Assembly (NCBI GenBank): GCA_021325015.1
Contig: JAJPHY010000013.1
Location: forward strand, 3,800-67,799
DNA: 64,000 bases
Direction of reading: 5' to 3'
Source of the DNA: Actinomycetota bacterium
GTDB taxonomy: Bacteria; Actinomycetota; UBA4738; HRBIN12
This document shows positions 21,061 to 31,171 of the stretch, one piece after another; the stretch's first letter is position 1; the number at the start of each line of letters is the position of its first letter. A program made the translations under genes and the position numbers. The notes beneath the pieces were generated by a model. It was not told the DNA's origin. It did no database searches and saw only the letters and a program-made list of their open reading frames with translations.

Positions 21061-21920
21061 GCGCACCCGAACGCGTGCCGGTGAAGCGCACGGCCAAGCT
21101 GTTCATCGGCGGCGAGTTCCCGCGCAGCGAGTCGGGGCGTGCCTATGAGGTCCTGTCCCACGACGGACGCCTGCTCGCGTGGGCGGCCCGCGCCTCCCGC
21201 AAGGACCTCCGCGACGCCGTACGGGCGGCCCGGGACGCCCAGCCCGGGTGGGCGGGCCGGACCCCGTACAACCGCGGGCAGATCCTCTACCGGGTTGCGG
21301 AGCTGATGGAGGGGCGCCGCGCCCAGTTCGAGGCGGAGCTCGCCGACGCCGGAGCCCCGGACCCGCGTCGCGGCGTCGATGCCGCGATCGATCGGTGGGT
21401 GTGGTACGCGGGCTGGTGCGACAAGGTCCATCAGGTGCTGGGCGGCACGAACCCCGTCGCCGCCCCCTACTTCAACTTCACGATCCCCGAGCCGACCGGC
21501 GTGGTGGGCATCGTGGCGCCGCCCGACCAGGCCCTGCTGGGGCTCGTCTCCCGCCTGGCCCCGGCGATCGTTTCCGGCAACACGGCGGTGGTGATCGCGA
21601 GCGAGCCGAGCCCGCTCCCGGCGGTCTCGCTGGCCGAGGTGCTGGCCACCTCGGACGTGCCCGGCGGGGTGGTGAACGTCCTGACCGGGTTCACGCGGGA
21701 GCTCGTTCCCTGGCTCGCGGGGCACATGGACGTGAACGCGGTCGACGTCACGGGAGTGCCCGACGACCTCATGCCCGAGGTCGAGGCGCTCGCCGCCGAG
21801 AACATGAAGCGGCTGCACCGGGCTCCGGACGTCGACCCCTTCTCGCCGCAAGCGCAGAGCCCCTACGAGATCACGGCCCTCTGCGAGATGAAGACCGTCT
21901 GGCACCCGATCGGCGCCTGA
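21057..21920 (+). CDS. Aldehyde dehydrogenase-like protein, truncated (N-terminal/cofactor half only, no catalytic Cys region)
   Basis: 287 aa aligning to the ALDH N-terminal half (KLFIGGEF..., PWNFP-like region NFTIPEPTGVVGIVAPPD) but ending before the ELGGK/Cys motifs. ATGA overlap with the upstream ALDH. Confidence 0.6.
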   Translation: MSAPERVPVKRTAKLFIGGEFPRSESGRAYEVLSHDGRLLAWAARASRKDLRDAVRAARDAQPGWAGRTPYNRGQILYRVAELMEGRRAQFEAELADAGAPDPRRGVDAAIDRWVWYAGWCDKVHQVLGGTNPVAAPYFNFTIPEPTGVVGIVAPPDQALLGLVSRLAPAIVSGNTAVVIASEPSPLPAVSLAEVLATSDVPGGVVNVLTGFTRELVPWLAGHMDVNAVDVTGVPDDLMPEVEALAAENMKRLHRAPDVDPFSPQAQSPYEITALCEMKTVWHPIGA

Positions 21921-21991
21921 CGACGCGATTCCATACGATCGCAACACCGGCTCCGGGGGGCCCTCGGTGCCCCGGGGTACGATCCGTCTCG

Positions 21992-22732
21992 ATGCCCCTC
22001 TACAAGGAACAGGGCGTCGTCCTGCGCGCGGTGAAGCTGGGCGAGGCCGACAAGATCATCACGGTGATGACCCAGGGCTCGGGCAAGGTCCGAGCGGTCG
22101 CCAAGGGCATTCGCAAGACGACCAGTCGATTCGGAGCCCGGCTCGAGCCGCTCACCCACGTCTCCCTGATGGTGTACCGGGGCCGGAGCTCGCTCGACAC
22201 CGTGTCGCAGGCCGAGATCATCGGCTCGTTCCGCGCCATCCGCGGAGACCTCGGCCTGTTCGCAGCGGCCGAGACCATGCTCGAAGCCGTGGACAAGGTG
22301 GCCGAGGAGCACGAGCGAAACGTCCGGCTGTTCCTGCTCCTCCTGGGCGGCTTGCGGGCGCTCGACACCGGCCCGGCCGACCCCGCGGCGGTCGCCGAGT
22401 CGTTCCTGCTCAAGCTGCTGTCGCTCTCGGGGTTCCACCCGAGCCTGCGGGCGTGCGCGGTGTGCGGGCGACCGGACCCGAGCCTGTTCTCGAGCGGCCA
22501 GGGTGGCGCGGTCTGCGCCTCGTGCGCCGAGCTCGACGCCGGTCCGGTCTCGGCGGAGGCCCTCGCGTACCTCGCCGGGCTCGCGGGGAGCGACCTCCTG
22601 AAGGCCGGTGCCTCCGCTCCCGATCCCCAGATCCGCAGGGAGGCGAGGCCGCTCCTGTTCGGGTTCGCCGAGTACCACCTCGAGCGGCGGATGAAGAGCC
22701 TCCCGATCCTTGCGAGGAGCCTGGTTCCGTGA
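21992..22732 (+). CDS. recO: DNA repair protein RecO
   Basis: MPLYKEQGVVLRAVKLGEADKIITVMTQGSGKVRAVAKGIRK..., C-terminal zinc finger CAVCG...CASC. Confidence 0.9.
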   Translation: MPLYKEQGVVLRAVKLGEADKIITVMTQGSGKVRAVAKGIRKTTSRFGARLEPLTHVSLMVYRGRSSLDTVSQAEIIGSFRAIRGDLGLFAAAETMLEAVDKVAEEHERNVRLFLLLLGGLRALDTGPADPAAVAESFLLKLLSLSGFHPSLRACAVCGRPDPSLFSSGQGGAVCASCAELDAGPVSAEALAYLAGLAGSDLLKAGASAPDPQIRREARPLLFGFAEYHLERRMKSLPILARSLVP

Positions 22733-23472
22733 GCAGCTACCTGTCGGACATCGACCCGGACCGGGTCCCGGCGCACGTCGCCATCGTCATGGACGGCAAC
22801 GGCCGGTGGGCCAGGCAGCGCGGGCTCCCGCGCACCGAGGGGCACGCGGCCGGCGAGGCCGCGATGTTCGACACCGTGAAGGGCGGCGTCCAGGTCGGCC
22901 TGCGGTGGCTCACGATGTACGCGTTCTCGACCGAGAACTGGAACCGCCCGAAGAGCGAGGTGCGCTTCCTCATGGGGTTCAACCGCGGGCTGCTCCGGCG
23001 CCGGCGGCAGGAGCTCCACGAGATGGGCGTGCGGGTGCGGTTCCTCGGGCGTCGGGACTGGCGCGTGCCGCGCTCGGTGCTTCGCGAGATGGAGATCTCC
23101 GAGGAGCTCACCCGGGACAACCAGGGCATGACGCTGTCGATCGCGTTCAACTACGGCGGTCGGGTCGAGATCGCCGACGCCGTCCGCCGCCTGATCGCCG
23201 ACCACGACGCGGGGCGTCTGAAGGGCGGGAGGATCACGCCGGAGAGCATCGCGGCCCGCCTGTACGACCCCGAGATGCCCGACCCCGACCTGATCATCCG
23301 CACGAGCGGGGAGGAGCGCTTGAGCAACTTCCTGCTCTGGCAGGCCGCCTACTCCGAGCTCTACTTCACGCCCGTGCTGTGGCCCGACTTTACGCGCGAG
23401 CACCTGTACGAGGCGATTCGCGACTTCCAGAAGCGCTCCCGTCGCTTCGGCGGGCTCGGCGAGAGCGGCTGA
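22729..23472 (+). CDS. uppS: Undecaprenyl (isoprenyl) diphosphate synthase
   Basis: HVAIVMDGNGRWA, ENW and RTSGE..LSNFLLWQ motifs; GTGA overlap with recO. Confidence 0.93.
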   Translation: MSSYLSDIDPDRVPAHVAIVMDGNGRWARQRGLPRTEGHAAGEAAMFDTVKGGVQVGLRWLTMYAFSTENWNRPKSEVRFLMGFNRGLLRRRRQELHEMGVRVRFLGRRDWRVPRSVLREMEISEELTRDNQGMTLSIAFNYGGRVEIADAVRRLIADHDAGRLKGGRITPESIAARLYDPEMPDPDLIIRTSGEERLSNFLLWQAAYSELYFTPVLWPDFTREHLYEAIRDFQKRSRRFGGLGESG

Positions 23473-23514
23473 GGCCGATCCGGCGAGACCGGCTGAGGCC
23501 GATCCGCTGAGGCC
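23467..23514. repeat. Short tandem direct repeat (GGCTGAGGCCGATCCG x2 plus partial third copy) spanning the uppS stop codon
   Basis: Identical 16-mers at 23467-23482 and 23491-23506 separated by 8 nt, then CTGAGGCC. Confidence 0.6.
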
Positions 23515-23615
23515 ATCACAGGTCGTTCCAGCAGGCGATCCGCGGTGACGAGGAGTCGCCGGGTGGGGCCGAGGGAGGCAGGCGCGCGCCGCATCGCCTG
23601 CACTCCGCGGCGCGG

Positions 23616-24011
23616 TCACGCGACTCGCGCTCGCTTCCAGATCTGGACGAGCAGGTACAGGCTCACCACCGAGGCGACGATCGCGTACCCGACGAGGAAC
23701 GGCCTGCCCGGGGCGTCGACGCCGACGAACGCGACCAGGGCTCCGCGCGTGAGCGGGTAGCCGACGATCGAGCCGAGCAGGACGAGGAGGGTCATCACGG
23801 TTCGCCCGAGGGCGCCGAAGCTCGTCGGCCCCGGCCGCCAGCGCGAGTACACGACGTGATCGAAGCTCACGCGCTCTCGCCGCTGGGTCTCGAGCCACAT
23901 CGGCGGGCGGTCGGTGGCCTCCGCCGGGCGCGTGATGGGCGTCAGGCACCGGCCGCACCAGGCGGCATCGGGCTGAAGCGACGACCCGCAGGCCGAGCAG
24001 ACGCTCGTCAT
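23616..24011 (-). CDS. Small zinc-ribbon membrane protein (hypothetical)
   Basis: 132 aa from ATG 24011: N-terminal CxxC...CxxC ([11 protein letters not shown]...AAWCGRCL) then two hydrophobic helices. The longer 302-aa ORF-track version has a low-complexity Arg/Gly-rich N-extension. Confidence 0.45.
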   Translation of the reverse strand: MTSVCSACGSSLQPDAAWCGRCLTPITRPAEATDRPPMWLETQRRERVSFDHVVYSRWRPGPTSFGALGRTVMTLLVLLGSIVGYPLTRGALVAFVGVDAPGRPFLVGYAIVASVVSLYLLVQIWKRARVA

Positions 24012-24105
24012 CGTGGCTCGATCTGTGCATCGGCTCCCGGGCCGCGAACCTGAACCGGACGGAGTTCGGGTCACGCCGAGCGACGGTCGCTCGGACGCGT
24101 GCTCG

Positions 24106-24414
24106 TCAGCCGCGTCGGACCGGGGTGCGGACGTCGTCCGCCCGTCGGCGGGCCGGCGTCGCCGACAGCACCTCGCCCTCCACGTGGACGACCTCGAGCC
24201 GGCGCGCCGGCCGCCACGTGAACCACAGCACGAGCGAGGCGAGGATCCCCCAGACTCCAATCGCGACTGCGGTGAGGGCGAGCGCGACCGGTCCCGCGAA
24301 ATCGGCCCATGCCGCGGTGAAGGCCCGAACGCCGAGACCGAGCACGACCACGGCCGCGGTGACGAACAGCTTCCCGATCGGGCCGAGGGTGGTCGGGTGG
24401 CGAACGGATCCCAT
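24106..24414 (-). CDS. Small two-TM membrane protein (hypothetical)
   Basis: 103 aa from ATG 24414 (MGSVRHP...), two predicted TM helices; sits in the divergent spacer before glyQS. Confidence 0.4.
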   Translation of the reverse strand: MGSVRHPTTLGPIGKLFVTAAVVVLGLGVRAFTAAWADFAGPVALALTAVAIGVWGILASLVLWFTWRPARRLEVVHVEGEVLSATPARRRADDVRTPVRRG

Positions 24415-24577
24415 GGCTCTCGCCTCCCATCGTAGGAAGATCCGGGGATGGCGGGCATCCGCCGTTTGGCGCAATCGGATCTGCAACGGCCTCGTCCGAA
24501 GGTCCAGATCCGCCGCCGGTACACTGTCGGGCACGCCAGCGGCCGCCGCCAGCGGCCGGGAAAGGAGGCCCGTGATC

Positions 24578-25951
24578 ATGGCCGACCTGATGGAGGCCAT
24601 CACGTCCCTCGCCAAACGGCGGGGGATCGCCTTCCAGTCCAGCGAGATCTATGGCGGGCTCCGCTCGTCCTGGGACTACGGCCCCCTCGGCGTGGAGCTC
24701 AAGCGGAACCTCCGGAGCGCCTGGTGGCGCTCGATGGTGCAGCTTCGCGATGACGTCGTCGGGCTCGAGGCCGCCATCATCATGTCGCCCAAGGTGTGGG
24801 AGGCGAGCGGGCACCTCGAGGTGTTCACCGACCCGCTCGTGGAGTGCCTGAGCTGCCACCAGCGCTTTCGCGCCGACCATCTTCCAGGGGCGCACGCCCC
24901 GCAGTCGGGGCACGAGGAAGACGAGACCACGCTCGACATGCACGAGACGCCCCGGTGCCCGAACTGCGGGCACACCGAGTTCACCGACCCGCGCAACTTC
25001 AACCTGATGTTCAAGACCCACATGGGATCGGTGGAGGACGAGGCGAACGCCGTCTACCTGCGACCGGAGGCGGCGCAGGGCATGTTCGTCGACTTCGTGA
25101 CGATCCAGGCTGCCAGCCGCAAGAAGGTCCCGTTCGGCATCGCGCAGATCGGCAAGTCGTTCCGGAACGAGATCACACCGGGGAACTTCATCTTCCGGAT
25201 GCGCGAGTTCGAGCAGATGGAGATGGAGTTCTTCGTCGAGCCGGGTACGGACGAGGAATGGCACGAGTACTGGATCCGCGAGCGATTCCGCTGGTATCTC
25301 GACCTCGGGATCAGCGAAGAGAACCTGCGTCTGCGCGAGCACGAGCCCGAGGAGCTCTCGCATTACTCCAAGCGAACGGTCGACATCGAGTACCGGTTTC
25401 CGTTCACCGACTGGGGTGAGCTCGAGGGGATCGCGAATCGCACGGACTTCGATCTCAAGGCGCACGAGAAGCACTCCGGCCAGGACCTCACGTACTTCGA
25501 CCAGGAGAGGCAGGAGCGCTACCACCCCTACGTCATCGAGCCGGCGGCCGGGGTCGACCGGATGCTGCTCGCCTTTCTCATCGACGCCTACCGTGAGGAG
25601 GAGGCCCCCACCGCCTCCGGGGGGACCGAGAAGCGCACGGTGCTGGCCCTCCACAAGGACCTCGCGCCGATCAAGGTCGCCGTGCTCCCGCTGTCGCGCA
25701 ACGAGGCGCTCGGGCCCGAGTCGCGACGGGTGTTCGACCTGCTGAAGCCGGAGTGGATGTGCGATTTCGATGACGCCGGGTCGATCGGACGGCGGTACCG
25801 CAGGCAGGACGAGGTCGGCACTCCGTACTGTGTGACGGTGGACTTCGAGACGCTGGAGGACCGGCAGGTGACCGTGCGCGAGCGCGACTCGATGCGGCAG
25901 GACCGGATCCCGGTGGACTCCCTGGTCTCCTACCTACGGGACCGGCTGTGA
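24578..25951 (+). CDS. glyQS: Glycine--tRNA ligase, dimeric class II type
   Basis: [38 protein letters not shown]... is a canonical GlyQS start with class II motifs. AAAGGAGG RBS 9 nt upstream of ATG 24578. Confidence 0.95.
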   Translation: MADLMEAITSLAKRRGIAFQSSEIYGGLRSSWDYGPLGVELKRNLRSAWWRSMVQLRDDVVGLEAAIIMSPKVWEASGHLEVFTDPLVECLSCHQRFRADHLPGAHAPQSGHEEDETTLDMHETPRCPNCGHTEFTDPRNFNLMFKTHMGSVEDEANAVYLRPEAAQGMFVDFVTIQAASRKKVPFGIAQIGKSFRNEITPGNFIFRMREFEQMEMEFFVEPGTDEEWHEYWIRERFRWYLDLGISEENLRLREHEPEELSHYSKRTVDIEYRFPFTDWGELEGIANRTDFDLKAHEKHSGQDLTYFDQERQERYHPYVIEPAAGVDRMLLAFLIDAYREEEAPTASGGTEKRTVLALHKDLAPIKVAVLPLSRNEALGPESRRVFDLLKPEWMCDFDDAGSIGRRYRRQDEVGTPYCVTVDFETLEDRQVTVRERDSMRQDRIPVDSLVSYLRDRL

Positions 25952-26229
25952 CCGAGACCGATCAGTCCGAGCTCGCCGCCGATCCTGCGGGCGCGGCGCC
26001 CGCGCCGGAGGCGTCTCCGGCGTCCGCGCCGGGCGGACCGACGCCCCCGCGACGGGGCAGCGTCGCCCTCTACGCGCTCGCCTTCGCGCTCATGATCCTG
26101 GCCGGGGCGATCCTGGTCGTGGGTACCCTCGGCCACCTGAGCTCGATCCGCTTGCTCTGGGTCTCGGTGGCCTGCTCGAGCGCCGCCGTGGTAGCGGCGG
26201 TGGCCAGCGTCGTGGTCCGAACGCGGTGA
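25948..26229 (+). CDS. Small membrane protein (hypothetical), translationally coupled to glyQS and the downstream lipoprotein
   Basis: 93 aa, Ala/Pro-rich N-terminus then two hydrophobic helices; GTGA overlaps at both ends (25948 and 26226). Confidence 0.4.
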   Translation: MTETDQSELAADPAGAAPAPEASPASAPGGPTPPRRGSVALYALAFALMILAGAILVVGTLGHLSSIRLLWVSVACSSAAVVAAVASVVVRTR

Positions 26230-27572
26230 GAGGCGGCCGACGCGCCGTGCGGATCCGCCCGCGCGCGACGGCGTGGCTCCTCCTCCTGGCGTTCGTCGTG
26301 GCCGGATGCACCGGAACGGGGACGCCCGAGCCCACGATCTCCCCCAGCCAGACCGGGCTTTCGGGTGCGCCCGAGTCGCCGCGTCCGGTTCCGACGGGCC
26401 CCGGGTCGGCCGCCGCGGCGCTCGCGCACCTCTGCGTGCACCAGAGTCCCGGCCCGCCCTCGACGGTGGCCCCGGAGGGTCCCACGCCGCCCGCGATCGC
26501 GGAGGTCGAGCGGCAGGTGGAGCAGATCCGCGGGCTGGAGTTCACCCAGCGAGTGGCGGTCCACCCAGCGACGCACGCGGAGCTCGTGAAGGGGCTCCAG
26601 CGGTCGTTCGACGCGTCGTACCCGGCGGGCCTGTACGAGCGCAGGAGCCGGGCGTGGCAGGCGATCGGCGCGATCCCACCGGGGACGAGCATCCGGGCCG
26701 CGCTTCGCCGGTTCGGCTCCAGCCAGGTGATCGGCTACTACGACACGCTCACGCACGAGCTGGTGTTCATCGGCAGCGCGGACCCCTCCGGGATCGAGCG
26801 CGACACGCTGGCCCACGAGCTCACGCACGCCGTCGACGACCAGCACTTCGGGCTCGGCAGGCTCGACCACCTCGCGAACACCTGCCAGGACGATCGCTTC
26901 GACGCCGCGCTCGCCCTCGCCGAGGGCGATGCGACCTCGGTCCAGCTCGCGTACGCCCAGCGCTACCTCACGCTCCAGGAGCAGATCCGGCTCGGGCTCC
27001 AGGGCGGCGGGTCGACCGCCGGGATCCCGCCGTTCATCCTGAACCTCGAGACGTGGCCGTACACCGCCGGTCTGGGGTTCGTCCACGCGCTCACCGCTCG
27101 CGGAGGCGAGCGCGCGGTGCACGACGCGTTCACGCACCTTCCGGTGTCCACCGAGCAGATCATCCACCCCGATCGCTACCCCAACGACGTCCCGCAGCCC
27201 GTCGACGTGCCGGATCTCGCGCCGGCACTCGGGGGCGGGTGGCGGGACCTCGACGTGATGGACGTTGGGGAGGAATGGCTTTCGATCCTGCTCGCCCTCC
27301 GGCTCGACGGGACGACCGCCGCGGCGGCCGCGGCGGGATGGGACGGAGGGATCTACCGCGCGTGGTCAGACGGCGACCACGTTGCGGTGGTGCTCTCGAG
27401 CGTATGGGACACGGAGGCTGATGCGACGCAGTTCGCGGATGCGATGCAGCGGTGGATCGCGGCATCCCCAGGGCAGCCCGCCGCGGTCCAGCCCGTGACC
27501 GGCGAGCACGTTCGGGTCCTGTTCGCCTCGGACGGCCCAACGCTCTCGGAGCTCGAGCGGGCCGCGTCCTGA
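26226..27572 (+). CDS. Putative zinc-metallopeptidase lipoprotein (HExxHxxxxxH zincin-like motif)
   Basis: Lipoprotein signal with lipobox LLLAFVVAGC, then HELTHAVDDQH (HExxH + third His at metzincin spacing). Confidence 0.55.
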   Translation: MRGGRRAVRIRPRATAWLLLLAFVVAGCTGTGTPEPTISPSQTGLSGAPESPRPVPTGPGSAAAALAHLCVHQSPGPPSTVAPEGPTPPAIAEVERQVEQIRGLEFTQRVAVHPATHAELVKGLQRSFDASYPAGLYERRSRAWQAIGAIPPGTSIRAALRRFGSSQVIGYYDTLTHELVFIGSADPSGIERDTLAHELTHAVDDQHFGLGRLDHLANTCQDDRFDAALALAEGDATSVQLAYAQRYLTLQEQIRLGLQGGGSTAGIPPFILNLETWPYTAGLGFVHALTARGGERAVHDAFTHLPVSTEQIIHPDRYPNDVPQPVDVPDLAPALGGGWRDLDVMDVGEEWLSILLALRLDGTTAAAAAAGWDGGIYRAWSDGDHVAVVLSSVWDTEADATQFADAMQRWIAASPGQPAAVQPVTGEHVRVLFASDGPTLSELERAAS

Positions 27573-27681
27573 TCCGTCGGATGTCGCTCTGTCACGGCAT
27601 CCCCATCGCCGTGGAGAACGCGCTCGTCCGTTCCACCTGCGTACACTGGTGCCTCGAACCCTGCACGCCTGGAGGCACGCG

Positions 27682-30384
27682 ATGACCAAGTACGTCTACG
27701 ACTTCGCCGAGGGCAACAAGGACATGAAGGACCTCCTCGGCGGCAAGGGAGCCAACCTCGCGGAGATGACCAACATGGGCCTCGCGGTGCCTCCCGGGTT
27801 CACGATCACCACCGAGGCCTGCCTACGCTACCTGAAGGAGAACCGGTTCCCGGACGGGCTCGAGGAGGAGATCGAGCGGCACCTCCGCGGCCTCGAGCAG
27901 GCCATGGGCAAGCGCCTCGGCGACGCCGATGACCCCCTGCTCGTCAGCGTGCGCTCCGGCGCGAAGTTCTCGATGCCGGGGATGATGGACACGGTCCTGA
28001 ACCTCGGCCTGAACGAGGACTCCCTCCAGGGGCTCGCCAAGCAGTCCGACGGGGACTGGCGCTTCGCCTACGACGCCTACCGCCGGTTCATCCAGATGTT
28101 CGGCAAGATCGTGATGGGTGTGCCGGGAGACGCGTTCGAGGAGGCCCTGGACCGGGCGAAGGAACGCAAGGGTCCCGACGCCAAGGACACCGATCTCGAC
28201 GCCGAGGACCTGAGGGCGCTGATCGGGGAGTTCCTGTCGATCTACCAAGAGCACACGGGCCAGGACTTCCCGGCCGAGCCCCGGGAGCAGCTGCGCCTTG
28301 CCATCGAGGCCGTCTTCAAGTCGTGGAACGGCAAACGAGCCCGCGACTACCGGCGCCAGAACAAGATCAGCGACGACCTCGGCACGGCGGTGAACGTCGT
28401 CGCGATGGTGTTCGGCAACCGGGGGATGGACTCCGGGACGGGGGTCGCGTTCACGCGCGACCCCGCGACCGGCGAGAAGGTCCCCTACGGCGACTACCTC
28501 CCGAACGCCCAGGGCGAGGACGTCGTCGCCGGCATCCGGAACACGCTCCATCTGTCCGAGCTGAAGAACCTCGATCCCACCTCGTACGAGCAGCTCCTGC
28601 AGACGATGGACACGCTCGAGCGCCACTACCGCGACATGTGCGACGTCGAGGTCACCATCGAGAAGGGCCGGCTGTGGATCCTGCAGACCCGCGTCGGCAA
28701 GCGCACCGCCTTCGCGGAGTGGGTGATGGCCTACCACATGCTCGAGGAGGGCCTGATCGACGCCGACACGGCGTTGCTCCGGGTCGACGCGAACCGCCTG
28801 GAGGAGCTGTTCAAGCGGGTGGTCTCCAGCTCCGTGGAGGCCGAGCCGATCGCCAGGGGCCTGAACGCGTCCCCTGGAGCGGCGACGGGGAAGGTCGTGT
28901 TCAGCGCCGACGAGGCCCAGGAGTGGGCCGGGCGGGGAGAGAGGGTCATCCTCGTCCGTCGCGAGACCACGCCCGACGACTACCACGGGATGGTGGCCTC
29001 GCAGGGGATCCTCACCTCCGCGGGCGGCACGAACTCCCACGCGGCGGTGGTCGCCCGCGGCGAGGGCATCCCGGCCGTCTGCGGCGCCGACCAGATCAAG
29101 ATCGACCTGTCCGCCAGAGCGTTCTCCGCCAACGGGATCACGGTGAGGGAGGGCGAGGTCGTCACGATCGACGGCTTCACCGGAAACGTCTTCGTCGGCG
29201 AGCTCCCCCTCGAGGAGTCGGTGCTGGAGCGGGCCCGGTCCGGAGACCCCGCGGCGCGCGAGGAGAAGATCTGGAGGGCGTTCCAGCGGCTGATGGCCCA
29301 CGCGGACGAGCGCCGACGGCTCCGGGTGCGGGCCAACGCCGACACGCCCGAGCAGTCGAGGAACGCGCGCGCGCGCGGCGCCGAGGGGATCGGCCTGTGC
29401 CGCACCGAGCACATGTTCCTCGGCCCCGAGCGGGTCGCCGCCGTCCAGCAGATGATCTTCGCCGAGACCGCGGACGAAGAGCGGGAGGCCCTCGATGCGC
29501 TCCTGCCGCTGCAGCGCAACGACTTCGTCCAGATCTTCCAAGCCATGGACGGGCTTCCGGTCACCGTCCGGCTGCTCGATCCGCCGCTGCACGAGTTCCT
29601 CCCCGACCTCACCTCGCTCTCGGTGGAGGTCGCGGTGGCCGAGGCCCGCGGGGAGTCCGGTCCGGAGCTCGAGGAGAAGAAGCGGACCCTCCGGAAGGTG
29701 CGGGAGCTGCACGAGGCCAACCCCATGCTCGGTCTGCGCGGGGTCCGCCTGGGGATCGTCAAGCCGGGGCTGTACGCGATGCAGGTTCGGGCGATCGTCG
29801 AGGCGGCCTGCGAGGTGAAGAAGTCCGGCGGGGACCCGAAGGTCGAGATCATGATCCCGCTCGTCGCGACCAGGGCCGAGCTGGAGCAGATGCGGCAGGA
29901 GCTCGAGCCGGTGGCGCGCGACGTGCTCGAGCGCGAGCGAGTCGAGCTGGGGCACCTCGAGTGGGGGACGATGATCGAGGTTCCGCGCGCCGCCGTGACC
30001 GCGGGAGAGATCGCCGAGGTCGCCGACTTCTTCTCGTTTGGGACGAACGACCTCACGCAGATGGGGTTCGGGTTCTCGCGCGACGACATCGGCAAGTTCG
30101 TGGGCATGTACGAGGAGCGAAAGCTCGTCCCCGCGAACCCGTTCGTGACGATCGACCGCGCGGGCGTCGGGCGGCTGATGCGCATCGGCTGCGAGGAGGG
30201 GCGCGCCGCCAACCCGAACCTCCACATCGGGATCTGCGGCGAGCACGGAGGCGACCCCGCGTCGGTGGCGTTCTGCCACGAGATCGGGCTCGACTACGTC
30301 TCGTGCTCGCCGTTCCGCGTCGAGACCGCGCGCCTGGCGGCGGGCCAGGCGGCCGTCGGAACGGCGGAATCGAGCACCAAGTAG
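27682..30384 (+). CDS. ppdK: Pyruvate, phosphate dikinase
   Basis: 900 aa: MTKYVYDFAEGNKDMKDLLGGKGANLAEM, phospho-His motif GGTNSHAAVVARG, PEP-utilising C-terminal TIM barrel. Confidence 0.95.
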   Translation: MTKYVYDFAEGNKDMKDLLGGKGANLAEMTNMGLAVPPGFTITTEACLRYLKENRFPDGLEEEIERHLRGLEQAMGKRLGDADDPLLVSVRSGAKFSMPGMMDTVLNLGLNEDSLQGLAKQSDGDWRFAYDAYRRFIQMFGKIVMGVPGDAFEEALDRAKERKGPDAKDTDLDAEDLRALIGEFLSIYQEHTGQDFPAEPREQLRLAIEAVFKSWNGKRARDYRRQNKISDDLGTAVNVVAMVFGNRGMDSGTGVAFTRDPATGEKVPYGDYLPNAQGEDVVAGIRNTLHLSELKNLDPTSYEQLLQTMDTLERHYRDMCDVEVTIEKGRLWILQTRVGKRTAFAEWVMAYHMLEEGLIDADTALLRVDANRLEELFKRVVSSSVEAEPIARGLNASPGAATGKVVFSADEAQEWAGRGERVILVRRETTPDDYHGMVASQGILTSAGGTNSHAAVVARGEGIPAVCGADQIKIDLSARAFSANGITVREGEVVTIDGFTGNVFVGELPLEESVLERARSGDPAAREEKIWRAFQRLMAHADERRRLRVRANADTPEQSRNARARGAEGIGLCRTEHMFLGPERVAAVQQMIFAETADEEREALDALLPLQRNDFVQIFQAMDGLPVTVRLLDPPLHEFLPDLTSLSVEVAVAEARGESGPELEEKKRTLRKVRELHEANPMLGLRGVRLGIVKPGLYAMQVRAIVEAACEVKKSGGDPKVEIMIPLVATRAELEQMRQELEPVARDVLERERVELGHLEWGTMIEVPRAAVTAGEIAEVADFFSFGTNDLTQMGFGFSRDDIGKFVGMYEERKLVPANPFVTIDRAGVGRLMRIGCEEGRAANPNLHIGICGEHGGDPASVAFCHEIGLDYVSCSPFRVETARLAAGQAAVGTAESSTK

Positions 30385-30549
30385 CGCGGCACGGGGTGGC
30401 GCGGCCGCACCCGGTCTTCGCTCGGGCGCGGCTCGAAATCCGCCGTCGCGAGCGCCGGGCTCCCCCGATCTGGTGATGCGCCCCGGGCTCGGCTCGGGTA
30501 CGATTCCGCGCCTCCCCACCTCCCCCACGGAGCAAGGAGGTGGCGCGCA

Positions 30550-31155
30550 ATGGTCCTCGGATCGGGCTCCCCGCCCGGTGTGCGTCGAGCCGTCGTGGGG
30601 CTGGCGGCGCTGGTGCTCGTGGTCGCCCCGCTGCTGCTCGGCTGGCACTGGGCCAAGCTCGGGTGGCGGGACAAGCACTACAACTATCCGGGCACGCCGA
30701 CCGGCTACACGCAGATCGTCAACCGGTTCGGCCAGCCGTGCAGCGCCGATGCTCACGCGATCTCGATGAGCTGGCCGGCGGCGGACAACGGGGTCACGTA
30801 CACGTTCAGCTTTCACAAGAAGCTCGGCGGCTACCCGACCGAGATGGTCGCGAACAAGGGCGGGTTGTCGACGAACCTGGACAACGACGTGTACGGGCAC
30901 ATCCAGAACAAGCACCTGAGCCAGTACACGAAGAGCGGGATCTGGGGTTACTACTGCCGCTACATCGACGGCACCACGTCGTGGAGCACGCACGCGTTCG
31001 GCATCGCCGTCGATATCTCGGCGAGCTACGAGCCGCAGGGGCAGTGCTACAGCACGGTCAACACGAACTTCGCGTCGATCTTCAAGAACCACCGGTGGCG
31101 CTGGGGTCTGGATTTCTGCGACCCGATGCACTTCCAATACGCGTACGGCTACTGA
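30550..31155 (+). CDS. Secreted/membrane-anchored peptidase M15-like (D-Ala-D-Ala carboxypeptidase / endolysin-type zinc peptidase fold)
   Basis: N-terminal hydrophobic anchor, STHAFGIAVDI (SxHxxGxAxD) and DPMHFQY (DxxH) zinc-ligand motifs. GGAGGTG RBS 8 nt before ATG. Tyr/Asn/Lys/Trp-rich, locally lower GC (~60%). Confidence 0.6.
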   Translation: MVLGSGSPPGVRRAVVGLAALVLVVAPLLLGWHWAKLGWRDKHYNYPGTPTGYTQIVNRFGQPCSADAHAISMSWPAADNGVTYTFSFHKKLGGYPTEMVANKGGLSTNLDNDVYGHIQNKHLSQYTKSGIWGYYCRYIDGTTSWSTHAFGIAVDISASYEPQGQCYSTVNTNFASIFKNHRWRWGLDFCDPMHFQYAYGY

Positions 31156-31171
31156 GAGGGAGGGGGGAGCC

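Noticed and set aside
24415-24577. Possible T-box/riboswitch leader upstream of glyQS
   Set aside because: No T-box consensus (AATTAGGGTGGNACCGCG) or specifier-loop architecture is visible; the GCCAGCGGCCG elements are direct, not inverted, repeats.
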